Origin: a virus
Reading direction: 5' to 3' (one strand)
DNA length: 35,824 bases
Virus record (IMG/VR): IMGVR_UViG_3300033616_000003
The notes under the pieces were generated by a model. That model worked only from the letters and a program-made list of their open reading frames with translations. It ran no database searches and was not told the DNA's origin. Shown one piece after another: positions 28,458-35,824 of the stretch (positions are counted from its first letter, which is position 1; each line of letters begins with the position of its first letter). The translations under genes were made by a program, and so were the position numbers.

Positions 28458-31400
28458 TTAATATGCCCAACTATAATCTGAGCGTGATATTTGCAGTGCT
28501 TCGGTTTCCTTTTTAATCAAGTCATACGGTTGTTTGTCAATTAATACACCTGTGCCTATTTGCTCTGTTGCTCTAAATCCACCTATCCAGCCAAAGTGTG
28601 TTATATTTTCATTAGCACTATTAGGACCAAGATAAGTTAGTGTATCAACTCTATCAGCTGTGTTAACATCCTGTTGTGTGTATTCCTGCCTGCCTAGCTC
28701 TGTATCACCGTTAAACCAAGCTATATGTGTTACTCTATGCTGTGGCTCAAAGTTAGGCGTATATGTGCCGTCTGCCTGCCAGGTGCCATCTGCTTTGAGT
28801 TGTCTAAATATATTAGGATTTTCAGCATAAGTCCAAGTTTTGCTGAAATCGATAGGAATGATTAATATTTCAGTTTCACCTATTCCTTCGCTGACTACTA
28901 ATTCTGCACGCTTAGTTAATTCCATGAAAAACTCTTCCCATGTGCGATGCTTAGGGCCTTTTACTGCTGAAATATCATAGAATATTTGACCATTTTCATC
29001 AAAAGTAGATGTTTTTGTTATTAGTAATTTTTCGCCATCTACTATATCCATTGCATCAAGGTTTCTAACTGTTATCAACTGTCCAGCTTTGAGCCCACTT
29101 CTTCTAGTTTGAAACTTCAACTCTTTGCTGTCCACACCGTACTTTTGTATTTTCTTATTTCCTATTTCTATTGCAGCTTCTCTACCTTCAACATTCCCGA
29201 CAGTTATCGCATCTTCAACTATTCCACTTGTGCCGTCAATGTCAGCTTGTTTGCTTATCAGATTAGGGTCATAAGTTTGTGCTACAATCTTAAACTGCCC
29301 AATAAATGTACATCTAACTCTATCATTGCTGGTTAATCTACTTTCAGCGTTATCGTGTGTGATAATATCAGACTCTTTCTCCCAATACCATTGGAATCCA
29401 TCATCCACACCTTTTCTACCAACAGTTTGTGTCTGCCAAGCACCACCATTAATGCTAATCTCAATTGTTGGTTCCTCTGCAATTGGAAAACTAACAGGGA
29501 AAGCTTTTTTATCACCATCTCCACGCTCAACATCAACCTGCTCCTCTGTGATACCAATTGGGCCTTTGACAAGTTGTTGATTGCGATAGAGTGGATTGCC
29601 CGTCTTAGCAGTCGGCAGCCCTCTAATATATTGTGGCTCTAACTGCCAGTCAGCAGGCTCACTATCTCTACTTTTGAAATGCAACACTTTATCAGAGTCT
29701 ATTTTCCACCAAAAGTTCATCTTATCTGCTACAGATGAAATTAATTGTTCTGTTGGCACAAAGTTAGCTCTAGTTTCAAGTATTTCTTGCCCATCTTCTA
29801 TTGATTGATTGCCAGTTAACACTTCAATATTAGCTTCATCAAAAGTAGGTGTTATACTTGTGTCTGATGTGTTAAGTGTAGTTTTATATTTCAATTCTAC
29901 ATTAGTTAAATCATTCGGTAAATTAGGAATAGGTTGCCCATTTGTTGCTGTATCCCAAGTTACACCATCATCTGTGCTAGTTTCAACTGTGATAGATGTA
30001 TTAGTTGGTGCGGTTTCCTGCCAACTTATTGTGCTACCTCCATCTTCAACAGCAGGTGATAAGTCAAAAGGCTTACTTATGCGATAACCAGTTGTTTCGT
30101 AAGCTGATACTACCTCTACTTCTAAACTCTCTAATCTAGGTGTAACAGTTGTATCAGTAGTTGACAGCACCTGTCTCACATCAAGAGTAGTTGGGTCAGA
30201 AGGTAGGTTAGGTATAGCACCACCGTTAGTTGCTGTCTGCCAGGTTGAGCCACCATCTACGCTAGTTTCTATTGTAATAGTTTGAGAGTTGAGAGTTTCC
30301 TGCCAACTTATACTGCTACTTTCAACATTTCCTACCGCTGATATATCAAGTTGTGGTGATTGGCGTGTGCCATTAAAAGGGAGATAAAAATCATCTTTAT
30401 CTTCTTTAAATAATATAGCATCAAAATATGACTCTCCAAAACCATAAATTCCCATTTCACCACTTGTATACTGAGTATCATTAACACTTAATTGAGATAA
30501 CAAATTATAATTTTCATCATATAAGTTAGCTATTATTGTGGTGCTTGTTGCTTTTATTTCAACAATATAAATAGTGTTTGTATTAATTGTTACATTTGTA
30601 TCTTCTGCTAATAATGTACCAGCGCCTGCTCCACCCCTTAATTGAAAACCTATACCTGTATATGCTATTGCTACATAACCATCTTCTGTATCGTGATTAA
30701 AACAAAAAGCAACTCCTGCTGAATTAGTGCCTCCTTCGATTAATTTCACATAAGTAGCTATGCCACCTCTCGAGCGTGCAACACTTCCACCTGTTAAAGT
30801 CCTATCACCAACATCAGGAACTCCACTATCAGAGTGGAAACCATAAATACCAAAAATTGCAGAAGTTGTATCTACTGTACCCGAGAAACTTCCTGTCGTT
30901 AAAGGTGATGTCGTCCCATCTTCAAAGCCTTCAAATATTCCTTGGGGTTGTGCTAACTGTAAATTATCATTAACTGCCTCTACATCAGTCAGCGTTCCTT
31001 CTGAAAAACTAGCATTATCATTGTCAATATCAGTTATATCTTCATCTATTTTATCTAATCTCAAACTATCATTTTCAGCTACTACATTTGATAATGTGCC
31101 AGTTGAGAAATCTGCTGTTGTAGTTTCAACAAAATTTAAATCTTTATTGTAATACACACCCTCCTCAACAAGTTTTTGGTCAACTATATCTTTGATTATA
31201 TCTCCTGCTAACTTATTCCTTGCTGCATAGCTTATCCTTCTCTTATCAGCTAGATAATGCATATCAATACAAACTATATCGTGCATATATGCGTTAGCTT
31301 GCCTGCTTGCCAGAGGATGCTTATCGCTAGTTTCAAGGAAACCTGCAAATATTTGCTCATCATTATTTTTGTCGTCTATTATTGTAACAGGTTGACCTTT

Positions 31401-31529
31401 TTTGAAAGTATATTCATTTTGTTTGTCGGGAATGGAAAATGAACAGGTGGCACGCATCTCAATAGTGTCCTCTGCTTGAAAAGTGTTAATTTTGATGCTG
31501 TAAGTTGTTCCGCCTATAATTGCTTTCAT
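28458..31529 (-). CDS. large tail-tip / distal tail protein with an inserted lectin-like module and duplicated beta-sandwich domains (putative receptor binding)
   Basis: 1023-aa ORF directly after the tape measure gene. It contains internal repeats (residues about 385-474 and 481-571, and 139-160 and 173-194) and a ConA/LamG-like stretch at residues about 195-375. Confidence 0.65.
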   Translation of the reverse strand: MKAIIGGTTYSIKINTFQAEDTIEMRATCSFSIPDKQNEYTFKKGQPVTIIDDKNNDEQIFAGFLETSDKHPLASRQANAYMHDIVCIDMHYLADKRRISYAARNKLAGDIIKDIVDQKLVEEGVYYNKDLNFVETTTADFSTGTLSNVVAENDSLRLDKIDEDITDIDNDNASFSEGTLTDVEAVNDNLQLAQPQGIFEGFEDGTTSPLTTGSFSGTVDTTSAIFGIYGFHSDSGVPDVGDRTLTGGSVARSRGGIATYVKLIEGGTNSAGVAFCFNHDTEDGYVAIAYTGIGFQLRGGAGAGTLLAEDTNVTINTNTIYIVEIKATSTTIIANLYDENYNLLSQLSVNDTQYTSGEMGIYGFGESYFDAILFKEDKDDFYLPFNGTRQSPQLDISAVGNVESSSISWQETLNSQTITIETSVDGGSTWQTATNGGAIPNLPSDPTTLDVRQVLSTTDTTVTPRLESLEVEVVSAYETTGYRISKPFDLSPAVEDGGSTISWQETAPTNTSITVETSTDDGVTWDTATNGQPIPNLPNDLTNVELKYKTTLNTSDTSITPTFDEANIEVLTGNQSIEDGQEILETRANFVPTEQLISSVADKMNFWWKIDSDKVLHFKSRDSEPADWQLEPQYIRGLPTAKTGNPLYRNQQLVKGPIGITEEQVDVERGDGDKKAFPVSFPIAEEPTIEISINGGAWQTQTVGRKGVDDGFQWYWEKESDIITHDNAESRLTSNDRVRCTFIGQFKIVAQTYDPNLISKQADIDGTSGIVEDAITVGNVEGREAAIEIGNKKIQKYGVDSKELKFQTRRSGLKAGQLITVRNLDAMDIVDGEKLLITKTSTFDENGQIFYDISAVKGPKHRTWEEFFMELTKRAELVVSEGIGETEILIIPIDFSKTWTYAENPNIFRQLKADGTWQADGTYTPNFEPQHRVTHIAWFNGDTELGRQEYTQQDVNTADRVDTLTYLGPNSANENITHFGWIGGFRATEQIGTGVLIDKQPYDLIKKETEALQISRSDYSWAY

Positions 31530-34213
31530 TAGAATCTAGCACCACCTTTTATTCTTATACTGTCCACTAGAGGTTGTTTGACGGCTTGTGCGATGGTTTT
31601 TCCATCTAAGTTAACACTTATATTAGCTGTGCTGTATCCTCCACCACTAGAGCCTGTGTTTGAGCCTATAGGGGATACTGTTTCACCTGCTTGAGCGAGA
31701 ATAAGCCTTTCTTGTCCTATTGGGCCGGGCACTGTACCACCGTTGTGGAAAATACCACCAAAGAAATCACCGATACCTCCTAGAAGTCCGCCTCCACCGC
31801 CACCTGTAATGAATCCGAATACTTTTGAGGCAGCCATTTCTGCAAGTTTATCCATAACTTTATCAATTACGCTAGACCACATATCACCAAATGCTTCAGT
31901 AACACTTTTTGTACCTTTGAAAATTGACGCAAATGTATTAGCAAATCCATCTTTAATAAAGCTAAACCTTTGATTAAACCTCTCAATAGATTTTTGATTA
32001 TTTTCTGCTTCTAAAGCGTCTATTTTATTATTATAAAATTGTTCAATAGCCCAAGTCGCAGCGTTCTTTTCTTCTGCTTCAGCGATTGCTTTTTCTTTCT
32101 TTTTAATTAACATTTCCATTTCAGTTGCATTTTGTTCAAATAAACGTTGTCCCCACATTTTATTAAATTCTATTCTTTCTTCGTGTTTAGCACGTCTAAT
32201 TTCAGACTTTCTATTTTGTATTTTAATCCATTTTGCTAATTGTTCAGCATTCATTTCTGATATATAGTCAGCTTGTGCTTGCATAGCTTCTTCAGTTGGT
32301 GACATTAAATCAATGCTATTTAAGTTGCCATTAAATTGTCTGGCAAAAGCTTCTCCACCTTTTTTACCTTGTTCTTCACTTTTTTGCACAAAACCTTCAA
32401 ATATTGTTCCTGTTTGAGTGAAGTCGCTAGAACCAGTATCGGTAGACTCTTCGCTGTCGCCACCTGTGTCAATTCCGTCTCCTAAATTTTTTTTAACTTT
32501 ATTTCCTTCGGCATTAATTTCTGAAAATGCTTTAACACCTTTTCTCCTTAATTCATCTAAAGATTGAGAATATTCAGTTGTAGCATTGTTGTTTGTGACA
32601 ATCGTTTCATATAAAGTTTTGCCAGCATCATAAGTATTCATAAAACCATCAACTGCATTGCTCCCAAAATCAGTAACGCTTTCTTTTAAGTTGCTAAACC
32701 CTTTTTCCATATCTAAAGTATTTTTCTTTATTTTGATATTTAATTTATCTTGATCACTTTCCATTTTGTTAATTGCTTCTTCAGAGCTATCTGCAATATT
32801 TTTAAACATATCACCGACACCGGGTAAACCTTCTAATCTTCTAGCTTGCGATAAAATTTTATCTATTGCTTTAGCAAAAAATAAACTCATTCCAATTGTG
32901 CCTTTACCTATTTGAGCAACCACAATATCTAATGAATCTTTAATTATTCCAAAAGAATCGGCTAATATGATTACTGCATCTACTCCAGCAGTCATATAAG
33001 TTTTTAATGCTTGATAAAATATATCTATTGCCTCTTTAGCATAACTTATATTTTCTGTAACAAAATCTAATCTTTCACCTAAACCTTCTATTTTTTCAAT
33101 TACATTTGGCATATTTTCAACAATATATTTAACTAACTTATCAAATGTAGGAGATAATTCTTCACCTACTTTCTCTCTAACTACTTCTATCGCAGAGCCT
33201 AATCGCTCTTGCCAAGTTGCTGAAGTGTCCATCATTGTGTTAAAAGCGTCATCAGTTGCACCTGCTCTATCCTGCATTTCATCTAAGTTTTCCGCAAATG
33301 TTTCAGCACCACTACCAGTTAAGGTTAATGCCGCTTGTCCACCTCTAATATTTTGGAATAAGTTTTGTACTTTAGTATTGCTATCCTCTGCTGCTTGTTC
33401 CATTAATACCATAGCTTCTTGCAGGTTTCCGCCATTCTCAATAAACTCTGTAAATGCTACACCCGCTACATCTTTAAATACATCATAAGCGTTAGTACCT
33501 TCTTTTGACAACTCGTTCATAGCTTGTCTAAGTTGAGTAGTCGCTTCTGTTGTTGGTACACCTTGAGCAGTCATTGTTGCTAACGCTGCACCTACATCTT
33601 CAAAATTAACTCCAACCGCTGCTGCAATTGGTGCTACATCAGATAGACTAGAACCTAATTCATCCATTGTAGTTTTACCAGTTTTTACAGTAGTAAATAA
33701 TATATCTGATACATCTTCAGCATCGCCCACTTCTTTACCATAAGCATTAATAACAGTTGTTAATCCATCTACTGCTGTGTTTAAATCAGTAACTCCACCT
33801 CTAGCAGCTTTTTGTGCTGTTTTAAGAAACTCAAATACATTATCTTCTGGGACACCTGCTGAAATAGCATCATACAAAGCTGGTACTGTTTCGTCAGTAG
33901 TTGTACCCATTTCCATTTTGAATTCCTGCATATCGTCTATCATTTTCTCTTTAGCATCACTTGAAGCATTAGGTAACAATGTAAATACTTCTGACATTTG
34001 TTTTTCCATGCCAGTAAATTGTTTAATGCCATCTGCTGCAACTGCTGCTAATGCTGCACCTGCTGCCGCTGCTCCCGCCACTGCCGCTGTACCGATACCG
34101 CCGAGCATTTTTGAAAACTTGCCAGTGTCTTTTTTAGCTGATGACATATCTTTTTTAAATTTTCTTGTATCTAGTTCTAACGTTTCATATAACTCTGCTA
34201 CTTTTACGGCCAT
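31529..34213 (-). CDS. tape measure protein
   Basis: 894 aa. It has an Ala-rich hydrophobic N-terminal segment, long helical regions and a Gly-rich patch GGGGGLLGGIGDFFGG. It follows the chaperone frameshift pair. Confidence 0.85.
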   Translation of the reverse strand: MAVKVAELYETLELDTRKFKKDMSSAKKDTGKFSKMLGGIGTAAVAGAAAAGAALAAVAADGIKQFTGMEKQMSEVFTLLPNASSDAKEKMIDDMQEFKMEMGTTTDETVPALYDAISAGVPEDNVFEFLKTAQKAARGGVTDLNTAVDGLTTVINAYGKEVGDAEDVSDILFTTVKTGKTTMDELGSSLSDVAPIAAAVGVNFEDVGAALATMTAQGVPTTEATTQLRQAMNELSKEGTNAYDVFKDVAGVAFTEFIENGGNLQEAMVLMEQAAEDSNTKVQNLFQNIRGGQAALTLTGSGAETFAENLDEMQDRAGATDDAFNTMMDTSATWQERLGSAIEVVREKVGEELSPTFDKLVKYIVENMPNVIEKIEGLGERLDFVTENISYAKEAIDIFYQALKTYMTAGVDAVIILADSFGIIKDSLDIVVAQIGKGTIGMSLFFAKAIDKILSQARRLEGLPGVGDMFKNIADSSEEAINKMESDQDKLNIKIKKNTLDMEKGFSNLKESVTDFGSNAVDGFMNTYDAGKTLYETIVTNNNATTEYSQSLDELRRKGVKAFSEINAEGNKVKKNLGDGIDTGGDSEESTDTGSSDFTQTGTIFEGFVQKSEEQGKKGGEAFARQFNGNLNSIDLMSPTEEAMQAQADYISEMNAEQLAKWIKIQNRKSEIRRAKHEERIEFNKMWGQRLFEQNATEMEMLIKKKEKAIAEAEEKNAATWAIEQFYNNKIDALEAENNQKSIERFNQRFSFIKDGFANTFASIFKGTKSVTEAFGDMWSSVIDKVMDKLAEMAASKVFGFITGGGGGGLLGGIGDFFGGIFHNGGTVPGPIGQERLILAQAGETVSPIGSNTGSSGGGYSTANISVNLDGKTIAQAVKQPLVDSIRIKGGARF

Positions 34214-34227
34214 GTTTCACCTACTTT

Positions 34228-34772
34228 CTATAACATACTTAACAATTTGCCTTCTTCATCTTCTACTGGTTTTTCCCCATCAGCTCTGATTGACCTTGCA
34301 AGAGCGGAATCGGCTGACAATGACTTGAGTAAAACATTAAATTTCCTCCAAGTTAAATTATCGGCTTCATCTATTAAATCTATTCTGTACTCTCGCAAAA
34401 AATCAGCTTCTATGAATCCCCATTTTTCTGCGATGGAGAAGGTTGAGCGTTTTTTGTATCATCCTGTTCATCATCTTTGCCATTATATTTATTCCACAGT
34501 TCTGTAATTAGCCATTCTGACTCTTCTACTGTCATTCCTTTTTCAATTAAGTTGTCAAATTGTTCTTCACCTATCATTGCCTGCAAACTTTTCTTAACCT
34601 GCTTAGCTGGCAATTCTTCAACTCCGCCTTCTTCCTGCATTTCTATAATATTCAATACACTGGAAAGAGGAGGGGAAGGTAAAAGTTCTATATCTTCCCC
34701 GAATGCCTTAATTATAATACCTTCTTTTTTTCTCTCTTTTCTAAACTGATCAAAATCTATTGTTTTAGTCAT
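34228..34772 (-). CDS. tail assembly chaperone, -1 frameshift product (GT-like, long form)
   Basis: The slippery heptamer A_AAA_AAC at 34449-34455 lies in the correct zero frame. The -1 frame stays open to TAG at 34228-34230 and reads KKRSTFSIAEKWGFIEADFLREYRIDLIDEADNLTWRKFNVLLKSLSADSALARSIRADGEKPVEDEEGKLLSML. Confidence 0.65.
34410..34772 (-). CDS. tail assembly chaperone (G-like, short form)
   Basis: 120-aa acidic ORF immediately upstream of the tape measure gene. Confidence 0.7.
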   Translation of the reverse strand: MTKTIDFDQFRKERKKEGIIIKAFGEDIELLPSPPLSSVLNIIEMQEEGGVEELPAKQVKKSLQAMIGEEQFDNLIEKGMTVEESEWLITELWNKYNGKDDEQDDTKNAQPSPSQKNGDS

Positions 34773-34793
34773 AATCTATCCCTCCAGATATTT

Positions 34794-35132
34794 TTATAGC
34801 TTTAGTGCAGCAACTGTTACGCTTGTTACTGCATCATAATCTACGCTTACATTTCCATCGGCATCATTAAACCAATCCTGCGAAAATGGGCCAATTATCT
34901 TTTCATCACTCGCTGGTACTGTAACAGTTGGATTACTTAATGTAATATCTATACCACCTATTGTTATTGTCTTTTGTATATTAAGTGTTACATCGTGTGA
35001 AGATGCATCTCCATTCTTTACATATAATAATGTTTTACCATTGTTAACAAAACTATCACCTGCAACATCTGCTGCTGAAAATGAAGGTGTTAACCCTGCT
35101 AAATCAAACTCCTGTAATGTTAAACTTGCCAT
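34794..35132 (-). CDS. hypothetical tail-module protein
   Basis: 112-aa beta-rich ORF between the major tail gene and the chaperone gene. Confidence 0.5.
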   Translation of the reverse strand: MASLTLQEFDLAGLTPSFSAADVAGDSFVNNGKTLLYVKNGDASSHDVTLNIQKTITIGGIDITLSNPTVTVPASDEKIIGPFSQDWFNDADGNVSVDYDAVTSVTVAALKL

Positions 35133-35146
35133 TTAGTTACCTCCTT

Positions 35147-35587
35147 TTATACATTAGGGTCTACATCTAATGAAGCGCCTGTTCTCTCAAACTCAAAACC
35201 CCAACTGGAAGGGTCATTGTTTCCTCCACCAATATCTGCCAAATTAAATGTACCATTAAGCCATTTTTCTCTGCCAGAATTGTCGTGCACTATGTGTAAT
35301 GTGCTTTGCGCTGCTGTCCCTACTGCGTCTGATAGAGTTTCAACTTCTGCCTGCCCTGCATCTTGAGTAGCTCCGTCATAATACTCATAACCTTCTGCTG
35401 AAATTGTTTTAGCCCGCTGTGTTGCTAAGTGTTCAGCCATTCCATTGCTATCAAAAGTTGTAGTGTCTGAACTTTCCTTCTCTGTTGAAATTGTCAGCGT
35501 GTTAATACCTTTTATCGGCACATAAGCTGTTCCGTCATATACTTCAATAGTATAATTTCTTGCTAATACTTTGTTTGTAGCTGCCAT
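35147..35587 (-). CDS. major tail (tube) protein
   Basis: 146 aa. The N-terminus is MAATNKVLARNYTIEVYDGTAYVPIKGINTLTIS. RBS aaggag is present, and the gene lies upstream of the chaperone and tape measure genes. Confidence 0.7.
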   Translation of the reverse strand: MAATNKVLARNYTIEVYDGTAYVPIKGINTLTISTEKESSDTTTFDSNGMAEHLATQRAKTISAEGYEYYDGATQDAGQAEVETLSDAVGTAAQSTLHIVHDNSGREKWLNGTFNLADIGGGNNDPSSWGFEFERTGASLDVDPNV

Positions 35588-35597
35588 TTTAATTAAT

Positions 35598-35824
35598 CAC
35601 TCCTTATATTTTTTTAACTTCCATTTCAAAATTAACTGAAAATCTGTGTCTGTTATTGTCATCTGGCCCGATATATATTCCCTGTGGCTGTATAGCCTGA
35701 CACTTAATAACATACCAGTTACCAGATGTAATCCACTTTTCTTCTCCTAAAACCCCAATTTCTGCTATAATTTCATCAACCAAACTTCTTGCAACTCTTG
35801 GGTCACGTGTTCCTCTAACAATAA
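35598..35824 (-). CDS. 3' part of the wrap-around tail terminator-like gene (35726-35824 duplicates 1-99)
   Basis: The reading frame continues from position 1 and ends ...GPDDNNRHRFQLILKWKLKKYKE with TGA at 35598-35600. Confidence 0.7.
35726..35824. repeat. second copy of the 99-bp terminal overlap
   Basis: It is identical to 1-99. Confidence 0.95.

Noticed and set aside
29333-29572. 79-aa minus-strand ORF nested in the tail-tip gene (338..535 is a similar case)
   Set aside because: These are alternative frames inside long coding regions, with no RBS and no independent support.
31760-31810. G/C-rich run (ggcggaggcggtgg context) in the tape measure gene as a repeat element or G-quadruplex
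   Set aside because: It simply encodes the Gly-rich GGGGGLLGGIGDFFGG patch of the tape measure protein. It is not repeated elsewhere.
33777-34289. 170-aa plus-strand ORF, and the other plus-strand ORFs in the track (for example 26515..26901, 3273..3581, 3124..3405, 29355..29642)
   Set aside because: All lie antisense to long, well-supported minus-strand genes. Their low-complexity S/L/F/I-rich translations are typical of antisense frames in AT-rich DNA, and they lack RBSs.
1-35824. CRISPR arrays, IS/transposon ends, retron or DGR components
   Set aside because: There is no series of regularly spaced direct repeats, no transposase and no reverse transcriptase. The only tandem repeats are the short intragenic and promoter-proximal ones reported above.

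Overview
The window is a complete, circularly closed genome of a tailed dsDNA phage. Bases 1-99 are identical to 35726-35824, so the unique length is 35,725 bp. It looks siphovirus-like: it has a tape measure protein and a frameshifted tail chaperone, and no sheath gene. The sequence is AT-rich, roughly one-third G+C by eye. Every credible gene lies on the minus strand, and the plus-strand ORFs in the track look like antisense artefacts. In minus-strand transcription order the layout is as follows. (1) A consensus sigma-A-type promoter at 26404-26432 starts an early region. It holds a ParB-like gene, many small ORFs, a PD-(D/E)XK exonuclease, a Rad52-like annealase and YopX. (2) A replication block follows: HTH protein, T5orf172 nuclease-like protein, DnaD-like organizer, DnaB helicase, dCTP deaminase, SSB, RuvC, MazG-like pair and an ArpU/RinA-like regulator. 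(3) A promoter-led block follows: metallophosphoesterase, nucleoside-2-deoxyribosyltransferase-like protein, a GC-rich structured non-coding island, and three tRNAs (Asn, Glu, Asp). (4) A second promoter with a structured leader precedes a second replication-initiator-like gene and then the late genes. These are TerS, TerL, portal, gp7/MuF-like protein, scaffold, capsid, connectors, major tail protein, chaperone with -1 frameshift, tape measure, a 1023-aa tail-tip protein, a collar-domain fibre and the lysis cassette. They run across the contig junction and end at the only convincing intrinsic terminator (26443-26483). I found no integrase, repressor, polymerase, primase, CRISPR array or IS element. 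The most interesting unexplained element is the roughly 340-nt structured RNA candidate at 10104-10446 beside the tRNAs. Next are two regulated-looking leaders, and two replication-initiator paralogs that share a C-terminal tail and each carry internal tandem repeats. All product calls come from motif recognition by eye, not from database searches.
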